Both the position numbers and the translations under genes were made by a program. The notes beneath the pieces are model-generated. The model was not told the origin of the DNA. It searched no databases and was given only the letters and a program-made list of their open reading frames with translations. 53,263 nucleotides of DNA from a virus (Duplodnaviria > Caudoviricetes), in the IMG/VR virus record IMGVR_UViG_3300025736_000033, positions 1-53,263 of that record. One strand, 5' to 3'. This document shows, one piece after another, positions 1 to 10,900 of the stretch (positions are counted from its first letter, which is position 1; each line of letters begins with the position of its first letter).

Positions 1-2133
1 CGGGACCGCGTTGGGGACGGTCGCCGGCTCTGCAGGTGCAGGCTGGAGCGATGGCTCTCCGGCCTCTTGCGATTCGGAAGGCAACTGAACATCGGTAGGC
101 GCTGCGGGATCGACGACACCGGCGGTAGATCCAGTCGATAGGATATGGTTGATCTTGGCATCGAGTATATCGTTGTCGACAGCTTCCTCGGTTTCAGTGA
201 GCGGCCGGCCCACCTCTGCCATACGCATCTCGCGGGTCTCAGGTAAAGTGAGCGGAATCCCCTGCTGCTGTTTCTCGCGCAAAGCCGCACCATTTGCGGC
301 CACATCGAATGCCTGTCCAAGCTGAGCCCTATCCTGCGCACCCTGCTTAACCTCAGTCATCAGCCCAGATGCTTCAGATTGTAGATCGTCTTTGAGATTA
401 GCATTGTCGGTATTCGCCGCCCGCCCCCATAGCTCATGGGCACGCATGACCTTTTCGGCATTTTCAAAGCTAATATCGTATTCAGCGGAGATATCAGCGG
501 CACGCTTGCCCTGGATAACGGTATTCGCACCGCCTCCAAGCAGGGTCAGGAAGGCTACGGACGGCAAACTCTGTAGACCCTCCATGCCAACCTGCTTTAG
601 ATCGAACCGCTTATTGCCGGCGCTCGTGTCCTGAAGACGTGCCCATTCTACAACGGCAGCCTGCCCAGTCTCTTCCGCGCCTTCGCCAGCGGTCCTAACA
701 ATCCACTTAATCAACGCTGCTGTGCCAGCATTCGCCAGCTTATTATCGGTAAGTATCGCCTTGACGAATTTCTTCCTCAACACATTGCGGGCCGCGCCAG
801 TTGCCCAGTCCTTACCGAAGAACGTGGCCGCTGGCCCCACGCTGTTGCTCAAATACTCAACTGCACCGTATGCCGCACCAGCTACATTAGCAATATTCTG
901 AAGGTTCTGCATTTCTGCGGCAGGTACCTCGCTCGGCTTCTGGCCACGTTGCTTCAGTATCTCATACAGTATCTCACCACGGCCAAGCCCTACCCAATAA
1001 GCCTTATCACCAACGCCGAACGTAGTTGCACCAAGACCGATCGATTCAAGCATTGGGGCAGCCGATTGCATCGCGCCGTGCCAGCCTCGCATTACCTGTC
1101 CATCTTCCACACCTAATTTGCCGCCAGCCTCATCTAACGCATTAAGATTCTCATACAGCCTATCGGACATCTTCTGATTCGCACCAAACTGAATAGCTAG
1201 ATCCTGAGTCGTATGGCTACGGAGTTGGCCCATTCGAAGATGCGTAAGAGAATCATTCTTGATCTGGCCTTTTTTAGCCAAATCCAAGAAGTGAGGATCG
1301 GGCAGATCCAAGAACTTGCTCTCCTCGAACTTCTTAAGTACCGTCAAATCCTGCGCGGCCTGATCAATACTGTCCTGCAATACCTGCTCTTGTCCAGTAG
1401 GCTGCTGGCCCGGTAGCGAAATGCCACCTTTCAACTTCGCCAACTGATCTGTCCGGAAATCAAGTATAGCCTCTGCATTAGCCCTTGAACTCGCCGCCTG
1501 GTCGTACTGGCCGCGTGCCTGAAAACGCAACCGAGTATCGCGGAGAGCGTCTGCCGGATGGCGGGGGGAAGGGATGCCTTCAACCTCTTCGATAAACGCC
1601 TCGGCCTCACCAGCGCTCCCGCCACGGCGCCGCACTTCATCCGGTGATAGACCCATACGTGGATCATCGCTGAATGCAGACGGGGTCGACAGCAGGTCCA
1701 GTCGCGGAGTGAATTGCGGTTCGCCAGTAATCGTATCAATGCCATCAACGAAGCGGTTGGGGTGATCGGGGGTCTTGTGCTCGCTCGGCCAATGGTAGCG
1801 CCCATCTTCTTTGCTGATTGCTGGCTCTTGGCCATTCCTGTACGCAGCCCTATAATCGTACTTGTGGCCCGGTGCATCGGGGTCCGTACTGATTCCTGAC
1901 TTACGCGCCCAGCCCTGATACCAGTCTTGGAAGTTCTGCTCAACCTGGCCGTTGTCGAAGGCTATGCCCGTGCGCTTCGAATCGATCGGGTCCAATGCCG
2001 GATCGTCGTCGAACTCGAGAGAAGGTAGTGCTTCATCGAACTCAAGGGATGGCAGTATGCCAAAGTTGTCCTCTTCATCGAATGTGAGGGAGGGCAGTTG
2101 CCCAGAGCCTTCGTCGTATATGCCGCGCGCCAT
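1..2133 (-). CDS. Large internal virion/DNA-ejection protein, partial (runs off window start)
   Basis: Not in ORF track (no stop inside window). ATG at 2131-2133 with GGAG RBS; MARGIYDEGSGQLPSLTFDEE...; frame open in segments checked, incl. 1-60; contains EGAEETGQ-type motif as in large podovirus internal proteins; follows two Ala/Gly/Gln-rich ejection-like genes. Confidence 0.65.
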   Translation of the reverse strand, partial: MARGIYDEGSGQLPSLTFDEEDNFGILPSLEFDEALPSLEFDDDPALDPIDSKRTGIAFDNGQVEQNFQDWYQGWARKSGISTDPDAPGHKYDYRAAYRNGQEPAISKEDGRYHWPSEHKTPDHPNRFVDGIDTITGEPQFTPRLDLLSTPSAFSDDPRMGLSPDEVRRRGGSAGEAEAFIEEVEGIPSPRHPADALRDTRLRFQARGQYDQAASSRANAEAILDFRTDQLAKLKGGISLPGQQPTGQEQVLQDSIDQAAQDLTVLKKFEESKFLDLPDPHFLDLAKKGQIKNDSLTHLRMGQLRSHTTQDLAIQFGANQKMSDRLYENLNALDEAGGKLGVEDGQVMRGWHGAMQSAAPMLESIGLGATTFGVGDKAYWVGLGRGEILYEILKQRGQKPSEVPAAEMQNLQNIANVAGAAYGAVEYLSNSVGPAATFFGKDWATGAARNVLRKKFVKAILTDNKLANAGTAALIKWIVRTAGEGAEETGQAAVVEWARLQDTSAGNKRFDLKQVGMEGLQSLPSVAFLTLLGGGANTVIQGKRAADISAEYDISFENAEKVMRAHELWGRAANTDNANLKDDLQSEASGLMTEVKQGAQDRAQLGQAFDVAANGAALREKQQQGIPLTLPETREMRMAEVGRPLTETEEAVDNDILDAKINHILSTGSTAGVVDPAAPTDVQLPSESQEAGEPSLQPAPAEPATVPNAVP

Positions 2134-2141
2134 CGCTGCTC

Positions 2142-3677
2142 CTAATTTGTTAAAGCACCATACTTCTTAAGCCATTTTTCGTCACCCATTTTCTCACGCA
2201 GGACACGAAGCCGGTCCTCGACCTCTTTGTCAGTCTTGATCCCCTGCGACTCTGCTTGGGTTGAACCAGAGAACCTACGTGCGGCATTCTGAATCATGCC
2301 ATCGGTAACCTGCGATGCGGTCTTACCCGGCGTAACTTCAAGGGCAGGTGCAACGGCCTGTGGCCGAATACCACCTACGCCCTGTTGCGCTGGAGCGGCA
2401 GGTCTACGAACTTCAGGCGGCAAACTCGTTGGGTCCGGCTCTGCCGCAATCCTTACTCCAAGCGATTCATCAGCCTCACCGAAGAATGACTGAATCGATG
2501 TAACATGATCACGTAGATAACGCTGGCGGTCGGCCAACCCAGCGCGATCTGTAAGAGCCTCATCCTCTGGGAAAGCCCCCTCTTCATACGAGTTACGCCT
2601 AAGCCCTTCTACTTGTTTGCCACGCGAAACTAGCCCCTCGGTTTCTTTTATCTGCCGCTGTAAACTCGTCAATTCGTTGCGGAGCTGGCTATCGCTCATC
2701 AAAGAATAAAGCTCTTCACGGCTTGCGCTGGCATTTGCAAATCGGCCAGTACCCTCAGCCTTTATGATATCATCCCGAATAGAATCCATGCGTTTCGTAG
2801 ACGCTTCGGAGCTTAAGCCGCCCCGCTCAGCTTTTGCCCTCGCCGTCGCAATATCAACCGTATGCTTCTCCTGAGCCCGCGTCTCTCCGGCAGCCGCACG
2901 AGTACGCTGTGCGCCACGCTCTATAGCAGCGGCAGGTAAATCTGCGGCCTTGTCTTGAGCCTGCTGGATACCCAAGCCTCGCTGTGCGCCAGCCAGCTCC
3001 TGTTCTTGCGCAACGGCGCCAGTCTCTGCCCTGATGCCCAACGCGGACTGATCTTCAGCGGCTTGTCCTGTCCGGACACCAAGCTCTGCTGCACCAGCTT
3101 CAGCCACCTTGCCAGGAATGCCAGCATCGATCTTGGCTCCCGCAGAGAACTGATCAAGGGCAACGGTAGGATCCAGAGAGCCGCGGAAGATGGCATCGCT
3201 CGTGAAACCCTTACCGCCGCCGATTGGTTTGCCGTCAAACTCGATAGAATACACATTCTCGCTTACAGGCTGGCCATTCTTATCGACACCCTGCTGCACA
3301 TCAATGACAGTAATGTTGGGCTGAAACTCTTTAGGTAAACCCTGTCCTATCTGAGCACTTACCTGAGCTGCATCACCACCAGCATTAATCAAGCGAACGC
3401 CCTGATGTAACCGTTCAATGCTCAGGTCGTACAACTTAGCTTCGCGATCCTGCTGCCCCTGGTTGAAAGTCGCAGTATCGCGCTGATCCTTGAGTGCCGC
3501 ACGCCTTTCTTTGGCCGCATCCTGCCTGTCCTGACGCGTAGCACTGCGTTGCGCTGCCGTATCAGCCGCAGTCTGCCGCTTCTCCTGTAGATCCAATGCG
3601 TGATCACGTTGCCTTCGCTGTGTACCGCGTTCAAACCCTGCTGAAAATCCCCGCAATCCATATCCTATCGATGACAT
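2142..3677 (-). CDS. Putative DNA-ejection/internal virion protein
   Basis: 511 aa, Ala/Gln/Arg-rich helical composition, N-terminal GxGLxGFxxGFxxG followed by charged coiled coil, typical position before the largest internal protein. Confidence 0.55.
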   Translation of the reverse strand: MSSIGYGLRGFSAGFERGTQRRQRDHALDLQEKRQTAADTAAQRSATRQDRQDAAKERRAALKDQRDTATFNQGQQDREAKLYDLSIERLHQGVRLINAGGDAAQVSAQIGQGLPKEFQPNITVIDVQQGVDKNGQPVSENVYSIEFDGKPIGGGKGFTSDAIFRGSLDPTVALDQFSAGAKIDAGIPGKVAEAGAAELGVRTGQAAEDQSALGIRAETGAVAQEQELAGAQRGLGIQQAQDKAADLPAAAIERGAQRTRAAAGETRAQEKHTVDIATARAKAERGGLSSEASTKRMDSIRDDIIKAEGTGRFANASASREELYSLMSDSQLRNELTSLQRQIKETEGLVSRGKQVEGLRRNSYEEGAFPEDEALTDRAGLADRQRYLRDHVTSIQSFFGEADESLGVRIAAEPDPTSLPPEVRRPAAPAQQGVGGIRPQAVAPALEVTPGKTASQVTDGMIQNAARRFSGSTQAESQGIKTDKEVEDRLRVLREKMGDEKWLKKYGALTN

Positions 3678-3682
3678 AATTT

Positions 3683-4891
3683 CTATCCTCCAAATCCAAA
3701 ATCAAACATGTTTAATACATCCCCCGTCAGTTCGCCCCACCCCGCCGCTTCTGCTCGTTTGTCAGCGGTCATCTGCGCCCCCTGATTCAACCCGATCCCC
3801 CGCGCAGTACTCGCCTGCTGGCGGAACATCCCTGCCCGATTCAGCAAAGAGTTCCCATACCCCTGCGCACCATCACCCGCGATACCTGCCGCGCCACTCA
3901 ATGCGCCAGCCGAAGCATTCAGGAGATTGGCACCGCCGCCGAACAACCCGCCAGCCGTTGCAGCCTGACTCGCAGCCTCGCTCGGAAGCCTGAGCCCTAG
4001 CCCGAGCGCGACCTGCTTGCGCGCGAAATTCTCGCTCTCAGTAGCGCGACGGGCCTGGTCTGCCGCCGACACCCTGCCAAGAGCCTCGCCGATGCCCAAC
4101 CCTCGCTGTGTCGATACCGACTGTGGACTATCGGAGGATATGCCCCGACCGCGGAACCCTTCTTCAGACGCCTCTCGCGCACGATTAAACTGCTGGGTGA
4201 CGCCGGCCATTGCACGCTCTGCCGCAACACCTGGATCTTTGCCAGCACGCGCCTCGCTTACAAACTCCTTCTCGAAGTCGCCGTAGATCGTATTGAAGCG
4301 GTCGCGGTCTTGCTGAGACCAGTTGAGCATGATATTGCCTATCTGCTCCTCCATGTCGAGACGACGAGTGGCAATCAACCTATCTGCCGCAGCTGAATCC
4401 ATCATTCCATCCGCAATCAGACGCGTGAAATCAAAATAGTCACGAGTCAGATCGGTATTCGCCGCCGTATCACGCCGCGACTGCTCATCGCCGGTGTATG
4501 CATCTAAAGCCTGCCGAAGTTCATTCTGCAAAGCGTGACTGCCCTGCGAGCCACCAGACGCAGTGAAGTCTCCAGACTGTGAGTAAATCCGCTGCGCCGC
4601 GTCATGGCCAATAAAACCACCCCACGGCGCAGGCGTATTTGCTAAAAATTCAATCGCAACTGACCGCGGGATTCTTTCCCCGCTTGGGAGATCGTATAAA
4701 TCACCACCAGCCGTCCACCACGCCCCGTTGCTGTTGCGGCTCCCTGGATCATTGCCCGGATTGACGGCCGGGACGCTGGACTGTGGCCCAGTAAACGTGA
4801 TCGACTCGTGAGCCGCATCGGCTCTACCCTGAAAGTCATTGCGCTGGTCATCGGTCATATCAGCCCATTCTTGATTGCTTATCTCAGGCAT
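3683..4891 (-). CDS. Putative pilot/DNA-ejection protein
   Basis: 402 aa, Gly/Ala-rich C-terminal half (RGISSDS..., GGLFGGG...), RBS AGGAG upstream. Confidence 0.5.
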   Translation of the reverse strand: MPEISNQEWADMTDDQRNDFQGRADAAHESITFTGPQSSVPAVNPGNDPGSRNSNGAWWTAGGDLYDLPSGERIPRSVAIEFLANTPAPWGGFIGHDAAQRIYSQSGDFTASGGSQGSHALQNELRQALDAYTGDEQSRRDTAANTDLTRDYFDFTRLIADGMMDSAAADRLIATRRLDMEEQIGNIMLNWSQQDRDRFNTIYGDFEKEFVSEARAGKDPGVAAERAMAGVTQQFNRAREASEEGFRGRGISSDSPQSVSTQRGLGIGEALGRVSAADQARRATESENFARKQVALGLGLRLPSEAASQAATAGGLFGGGANLLNASAGALSGAAGIAGDGAQGYGNSLLNRAGMFRQQASTARGIGLNQGAQMTADKRAEAAGWGELTGDVLNMFDFGFGG

Positions 4892-4962
4892 TGCTTTATC
4901 TCCTATTTCCTATTGGCATCACTGGCAGTATGTCGATCAATGGTGTTGGCATGATGGTTTCT

Positions 4963-5628
4963 CTATGGTGTCATGACATCCTTCGTTACCCAGACTCCGC
5001 TTTCACGCCGCTCGTGCACAAAGTTATTGGAACTGATTCCCTGTCGCCATGAGCCGTCTGCTGCTGGGGGGCCGAAGTAGGTGAAGTTGTTGGTGCTAAC
5101 GATTTCAAGATTACCATCATTGATCTTGACGGTATCTGCTGTAGTGGACATGGACGCTTGGTTCGTCCCGGATGTGAACCTTGCCGCGTGGAGCGTAGTG
5201 AGCGGACCACCTGCCTCGGTAAAGTAGAACCCATTAGACGAAAGCAGGTCCGACGCGTATATCTTGAACTTCTCTGGACCGTCAGGAAGCCCACTGTTAT
5301 TCCACTCGATGAATGAGCTTGAATCTGACTTGAGGAAAATCGTCTTACCTGCCGTCACGAGGATATTCGTTTCTGTGACATTGCCATTCGCCATTACATC
5401 CGAGAGCGTGTTGGTTATTGATCCCGATGCAGTATCCCATCGAGTCGTATCTGCCGCAGTTATTCCACTCGCAACACTTGTGCTATAGTCGGTCTGCTTT
5501 ACCCCATCAGCCCATCTATCGGCCGCGTAGGCGTAGTTGCCAAGAGCGCAGAGGAATGCTGCCGCCACTAAAACTATGACGAATACCGTGGCTGCCAGCG
5601 GAAGCCCTTCTTTGATTCTCTGTTTCAT
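4963..5628 (-). CDS. Signal-peptide-bearing fibre/decoration-like protein
   Basis: 221 aa; basic N-terminus, hydrophobic stretch, AYA cleavage-like site; C-terminal GSWR...ERRESGVWV fibre-like segment; S/T-N rich; RBS AAGGAG. Confidence 0.55.
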   Translation of the reverse strand: MKQRIKEGLPLAATVFVIVLVAAAFLCALGNYAYAADRWADGVKQTDYSTSVASGITAADTTRWDTASGSITNTLSDVMANGNVTETNILVTAGKTIFLKSDSSSFIEWNNSGLPDGPEKFKIYASDLLSSNGFYFTEAGGPLTTLHAARFTSGTNQASMSTTADTVKINDGNLEIVSTNNFTYFGPPAADGSWRQGISSNNFVHERRESGVWVTKDVMTP

Positions 5629-5636
5629 GTTACTCC

Positions 5637-6056
5637 TTATTTCAGTTTGGCCTTGGCCGCTTTCAGAAGCGACTTCTGTAGCTTAGATGCAAAGTCGGGC
5701 GCGTCGATGCCCATCGAGGTGAGTACCTGCTTCCACTCAGCGAGCGTAATTTGGATGGCGGGCTTATCAACAGTCTCACCATCAATAACCAGAGGGACCG
5801 CCTTGCCGCCCGGCAATGGAATCGTGATACCGTCCGCGCACATATTTTCAGCCTTCAGTTTTTTGATGATCGTATCCGGCACGGCAAAAATCATTTTGGA
5901 GGACGCGATGTTATGCTCGATATTCCAGATGAGCGCATCAGCTAGGGCGTTGTGCGCCATGTCGCCGTTGGTTGCGTCACGTTGTAATCTGTCAGTGATC
6001 GCCTTTGCGTCACGCTCTTCCAACTCGATCCATGTTGCCGTCATGCCCTCGCTCAT
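5637..6056 (-). CDS. Hypothetical protein (possibly chimeric at 5804-5831)
   Basis: 139 aa ORF with AGGGAG RBS; GITIPLPGG-coding 28 bp also present at window end. Confidence 0.6.
   Translation of the reverse strand: MSEGMTATWIELEERDAKAITDRLQRDATNGDMAHNALADALIWNIEHNIASSKMIFAVPDTIIKKLKAENMCADGITIPLPGGKAVPLVIDGETVDKPAIQITLAEWKQVLTSMGIDAPDFASKLQKSLLKAAKAKLK
5804..5831. repeat. 28-bp direct repeat identical to window end (53236-53263)
   Basis: tgccgcccggcaatggaatcgtgatacc at both positions. Confidence 0.95.
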
Positions 6057-6103
6057 GTTGCTCCCTGCTTTCCAGTGTTGCTCGTTGTCAATTTGTGTTG
6101 GGG

Positions 6104-6301
6104 TTATCTTTCAAGCTGTATCCATAGCAGGGCAAGTGTCATCGCATACGTTGTAACTATGCCCCACTCTTTGGTCTCGCGATATTCAACTGTTTCGAGA
6201 TTATAGTAGCGGCCATTGTCGTCAACCATGCGCTCTACCTTTGGTAGGCTCACACAACCAGTCATCAGCATAACCGAGATTATCAATAGGGTCTTTCCCA
6301 T
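6104..6301 (-). CDS. Small lipoprotein (lysis/spanin-like candidate)
   Basis: MGKTLLIISVMLMTGC lipobox plus C-terminal hydrophobic segment. Confidence 0.6.
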   Translation of the reverse strand: MGKTLLIISVMLMTGCVSLPKVERMVDDNGRYYNLETVEYRETKEWGIVTTYAMTLALLWIQLER

Positions 6302-7929
6302 TAGAAACTACTCCATAATTTATTCGTACCGTTAACGCGGAAAGTGTAGTCGGTCACAATACCAGCCGCGTTGGTCGTTGCTGTTATCCATGAATCAGTA
6401 TCGAGAGCAGAAAGGTATATTTTTTCTCTTACGGTTGCTGAGCCTGCTACGTCCAATGTGGTAGTGGGACTAGCTGTTCCAATACCTACCCTATCATTAG
6501 CAGCATCGGTATGAATTAGGTCAGTATCGCCTGTTCCTTCTACTTTGAAATCGATATCTGAACCATTATTGTTAATCGTAATACCAGCACTACTCCCATA
6601 TATAGCACCGCCTAAAGTTTCCCTCGTCATTTGCAAAGGTACGGCACTACCAGTAATATTTTGAATAAGGAAATCTCCGGGAACTCCAACCTTAGTCTGC
6701 CAAGAGTAATCATCGGTGGTATAGTACATTCCCACAGCCCCTCCAACCGTAGTGTTCTCAATCTTAAGCGGTATAGAATTTATGCTTGATACATGTAGCG
6801 GGTTAGCAGGACTATTTGTTCCGATTCCTACATTACCCACCGTGGTAAGGCTTACCCCTGCCGCATTGGTGCCTGTGATGCTGGCATAGCCGACGTTGGT
6901 TATGCTGTAGCCGCCGCCGCTGAGATTGCCGCCTAGCTGTGGGGTTGTGTCCTCGACTATGTTTTGCAGGTAAAGATTAGACACCCCGCCCCATATCGGG
7001 TCAGTTTCCGCGTCAGCGGAGATGTATGATACGTTACCCGTCCATGCGATCTGAACATTCGCTCCAGCATAATTGGTAGCAAAACCACCACCACCTAACA
7101 GGCTCGATATATCAACAAGTCCGCCGCTGGTGATTGCGTTTGTGGTGCCAGCCGCGCCGCTAATCACGTCCCCAGCATCTACTGCACCTGTGGCCGTCAG
7201 CGATACGCCTGCCGCGTTGGTGCCAGTGATGGATACATCACCGCCAGCCAAATGATATCCACCAGCAAACTGAGCGTTGAAAGTGTTTGTTCCGTGGGAA
7301 CCATAATCACCAGACCCATCTGACAGCACTACGCTATGTGTATTGGTTACTTGTGCCCCATCACCAAAGGCTAGTGAGCCATCGCAGTTGTTTGTGATAA
7401 CAGCATCAGTTCCACCAAGGATGGTAGAGCCATCACAGTTGGTGTATATCGTATTGTTCCAGCCGCCAAGGATCGAGCTATACTCTGAAGCATCGTCTAT
7501 CTTGTTGGATGTACCGCCGCCTATGAAGTTGTAGGACGTATCATGCTCAATGGAGTTCAGGAGACCAGCGGCTATCCCACCGAACCTTGAGTTGTTCTTA
7601 ATATCATTATCCCAGCCACCACCTATGATGGAGTAGTCAGCATCGTAATGAAGCTTGTGACCTCTACCACCAACTATCACTGAGTACTTTGTCTCCTCTG
7701 TTGTGCTGGACTGGATGTCGTTGTTACGGCCACTTACGATAACCGAAGCAGTTGCGTTCGTCTGGATGACGTTGTTCGTACCAGACAGCACAGCGGCCTG
7801 AATTAGCCCTGAGTAATTAGCCCCACCAGATGTCCTGGATGGAGCATTTGACAACTCTATATTCATTTGGTCTGCGATAAGCAATGCAGGGAATGCCATG
7901 AACGCCATGACGAAAATAATGTACTTCAT
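6301..7929 (-). CDS. Tail fibre/adhesin-like protein with N-terminal signal peptide
   Basis: 542 aa; repeated S-x-I-x-GG-x-x-N-x-I beta-helix units, GNVGIGT/RVGIGT fibre motifs; MKYIIFVMAFMAFPALLIA signal-like N-terminus. Confidence 0.75.
   Translation of the reverse strand: MKYIIFVMAFMAFPALLIADQMNIELSNAPSRTSGGANYSGLIQAAVLSGTNNVIQTNATASVIVSGRNNDIQSSTTEETKYSVIVGGRGHKLHYDADYSIIGGGWDNDIKNNSRFGGIAAGLLNSIEHDTSYNFIGGGTSNKIDDASEYSSILGGWNNTIYTNCDGSTILGGTDAVITNNCDGSLAFGDGAQVTNTHSVVLSDGSGDYGSHGTNTFNAQFAGGYHLAGGDVSITGTNAAGVSLTATGAVDAGDVISGAAGTTNAITSGGLVDISSLLGGGGFATNYAGANVQIAWTGNVSYISADAETDPIWGGVSNLYLQNIVEDTTPQLGGNLSGGGYSITNVGYASITGTNAAGVSLTTVGNVGIGTNSPANPLHVSSINSIPLKIENTTVGGAVGMYYTTDDYSWQTKVGVPGDFLIQNITGSAVPLQMTRETLGGAIYGSSAGITINNNGSDIDFKVEGTGDTDLIHTDAANDRVGIGTASPTTTLDVAGSATVREKIYLSALDTDSWITATTNAAGIVTDYTFRVNGTNKLWSSF
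6971..7084. repeat. 114-bp direct repeat, copy 1 (shared by two fibre genes)
   Basis: Matches 9241-9354 with 2 mismatches; encodes FATNYAGANVQIAWTGNVSYISADAETDPIWGGVSNLY. Confidence 0.95.
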
Positions 7930-7943
7930 TATGTTATATCCTC

Positions 7944-10900
7944 TTATAGTTTATTGATTGTAAATGTTGAATATATTGATGTATCACCCGCATTAGTCCA
8001 TACAGGCAACTCCCATATACCGACAGGTCCACCAGCGGTCATATCGATATATACTGTATCTCCAGCAGTAAGATAAACAACGGCATTGATGCTCATAGAG
8101 CAATAAGCTATGGCTATGCCTTCATCGAAAACCGCACCCTGATTTGCTGGATTTTTGTGATCGCCATTTATATTCAGCCATATACGTATTGTGTTTTGCA
8201 CTCCAACACCAACACGCCCGTTCACTTGAGCATTGATTAAATAATATCCGGTCGATGGCGCAGTGAATGTGCTATCTGCAAACGCACTAGCGGTATCAAC
8301 CTCTTCTACCATCACTACTTTGTAGAACTCGCCGCCATTCGCATACTGCGTGACGTTGTTACGAGCTATCACTATAACCGCCGTGCCACCCAAACCATCT
8401 ATCTCAACCTGTTGTGCATTGTTGGAAGCCAGATTGGCCGCAATGGATATATCCTGTAGGGCGTTAGTGGAAATAGCCGCCGCTATAGATGTATCCTGCA
8501 ACCCATTGGTGAGGATGGCCGCTTGCGCCGCCGCCTCTACCGCATCAATCAAGTTAGTATGCGCCGCAAGGCTAGCGGCATGATCTGCAATCGTTACGTC
8601 TTGCGTCCCGTTAGTTGCAAGGTTGGCCGCAATAGCCGTGTCCTGTATCGCATTAGTAGATAAGTTCGCGTCAATGCTTATGTCTTGCAATGCATTAGTG
8701 GATAGGTTCGCCGTAATAGCTGTATCTTGTATCGCATTAGTAGAGAGATTCTCCGCAATAGCTGTAGCCTGTGCGCCATTCGTAGTGTTAGCCGCATCTG
8801 CCGATGTCTGAGCCGCTTCAGCAGTGTTGCTGATTGCTATATCATCTCCAACCAACACAGCTATCTCACCATCGATTCCCTGCAAGTGGCTGGACACATC
8901 GCCAGCCGCCGCAGTGTAGTTTGTCGGGGTGAAGTTTGCCGCTATGGCGTTGGCATTCGTGGTGCCTGAGCCAGAAGGCGCATTTGTCAGAAATGAATTA
9001 CCGTCAACCGTAGGCACTGTCGCAAATGTATTGTTTTCCCAATTGAAAACATTTGCCCCATTTGAGCTGGTCACAGTGCGGCTATCCCAATCAAGAGACT
9101 CCTGCCCATATTTTGTTTTAAGGAAACGAGTTGACCAATTAACTGACTCTAAATCAGCAGAGTCTCTGAGTTGGTACTGGTTCCAATTGACGGATATCTT
9201 ATTCGCATCCGTTCTAAGCGTTCGGTTACTGATACCGCCATAGAGATTAGACACCCCGCCCCATATCGGGTCAGTTTCCGCATCAGCGGAGATGTATGAT
9301 ACGTTACCCGTCCATGCGATCTGAACATTCGCTCCAGCATAATTGGTAGCAAAAGCGCCAGTGCCCGCTACGGAATCTACATACGCCTTGTTAGCTACAT
9401 CCAGTGCATCTACAGGAGTCTGGACCACATACATATTGTCAGCATAGATAGCATCTGCCCACAGGTTGCCCTTGGTTATCCGCTCAATAGTGATGTTGTC
9501 CAGTGTGATGTTGTTAGACAAAGCCGTGGCCGTGAGGGAAAATCCGCTCTGATTGAAGGCAGGGACCGTAAGCGTGTTAGTGTAGGTGATATCGCCTGTA
9601 TCAGCCGTGCGCCTAAAGACATTTGTGTACCCGCCCAGTCGCAGCGTGATGATCTCGTATGAATCATTAACATCAACTTCGTAGCTCACTGTATACATGT
9701 AGCCAGTTGTAATAGATATGGCATTACTAGGAACCAAGAACCCTGCATTCCCACTGAGCACCGTGATATTACTCAGCGCGGCATTCCAAATAAAGTTGGT
9801 TGCTACCCAGCCATCAATCCCATTCGTGAAGCTTCCGTTGTGTACCAGATCAATACCAGTTTCAGTATCGTCAGCTACTATTAACTCCCTAAATACGTTA
9901 GTGCCCGCCCTAAGGTATCTGGCGTCTGTGTATGGGAGGTCAAGGCTGAACGTGACATCATTTGTGAGCCAAGGGTCACCTATGGTAATGCCTGCTCCCT
10001 CTAGCATCTTTCTGCTCTCCAACACGACGTCGGTAGCGCCTACTTGCAGGCTGTTGCTAAATATGCCATCGTCGGCGTATATATCTTCTATGCCCGTAAT
10101 GATAGTATCGCCATCGCCATAGATATGACCATTCGCCAGAATGTTGGATGTTATTGTGATATTGCCTGTGAACGTAGCATCCTGTGCAGTCAAGTCGGCC
10201 AGTGTGGTATCGCCGCCAACAACAAAGTTCGTGGATGCCTCCACATTCCCATTGGTATTGAACGAAAGCAACTGTTCCCATGTAGCAGTGGCGCCCCGGT
10301 AGTACCAGAACTCAAGACTGAAAGGGGCTCCGGCCTCCTGCTCTATGCTCCAAATATTCGTCGTGCCAGTATCCCAGAAGGCAAGGCTCTTGGTCTTGCT
10401 TGTTGTAGTACCATCCTTGATTATTACTGAAGGGTGTCTGGCTCCATCTGCCTGCACAGTCAGCAATGCTGAGTTCCCGAAGGTAGGTAGCGTAGGGATC
10501 GTTTTTGTATTGATAGCAACAGCTCCATTGTTGGAGCTCACGTAGATACCTTCCCCCTCCGTATCTCCAATGAAGAATCCGCTCATGTCGAGATTGGTAG
10601 ACGCTTCGTTTCCTACTGCCATAACACTGGCTAGATCCACTGAGCCCGTAGCTAAGTCCGTGTAGGCGTTGGCATTAGATACAGCCAAATTGGTTGCCAC
10701 TATATCTGCAGCAGTAGCGAAATTGGTCAACGATATGTAGTTAGCATTCGTTGCAGTAGACAGTTCTATATCCGTAGCAAAGACTGCATCTATAGCATTG
10801 GTCGTAAGCGTGATTACAGCGTCACCTGTGTTCGTTCCACCGCTTAGGAAGCCACCATCCACAGTTACAGAAGTGATGTCGCCGTCCTGTGAGTTGGTAT

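Noticed and set aside
392-2170. Short ORF-track calls in the first 2.1 kb
   Set aside because: They are shadows of one long minus-strand ORF starting at 2133 that lacks a stop in the window.
5804-5831. attL/attR of an integrase-driven prophage
   Set aside because: No tyrosine or serine recombinase recognised and flanking DNA is phage-like, not host; kept only as a lasso/chimera observation.
6971-9354. Diversity-generating retroelement TR/VR pair
   Set aside because: Only two synonymous C/T differences on the coding strand, both copies are mid-gene, and no reverse transcriptase was found.
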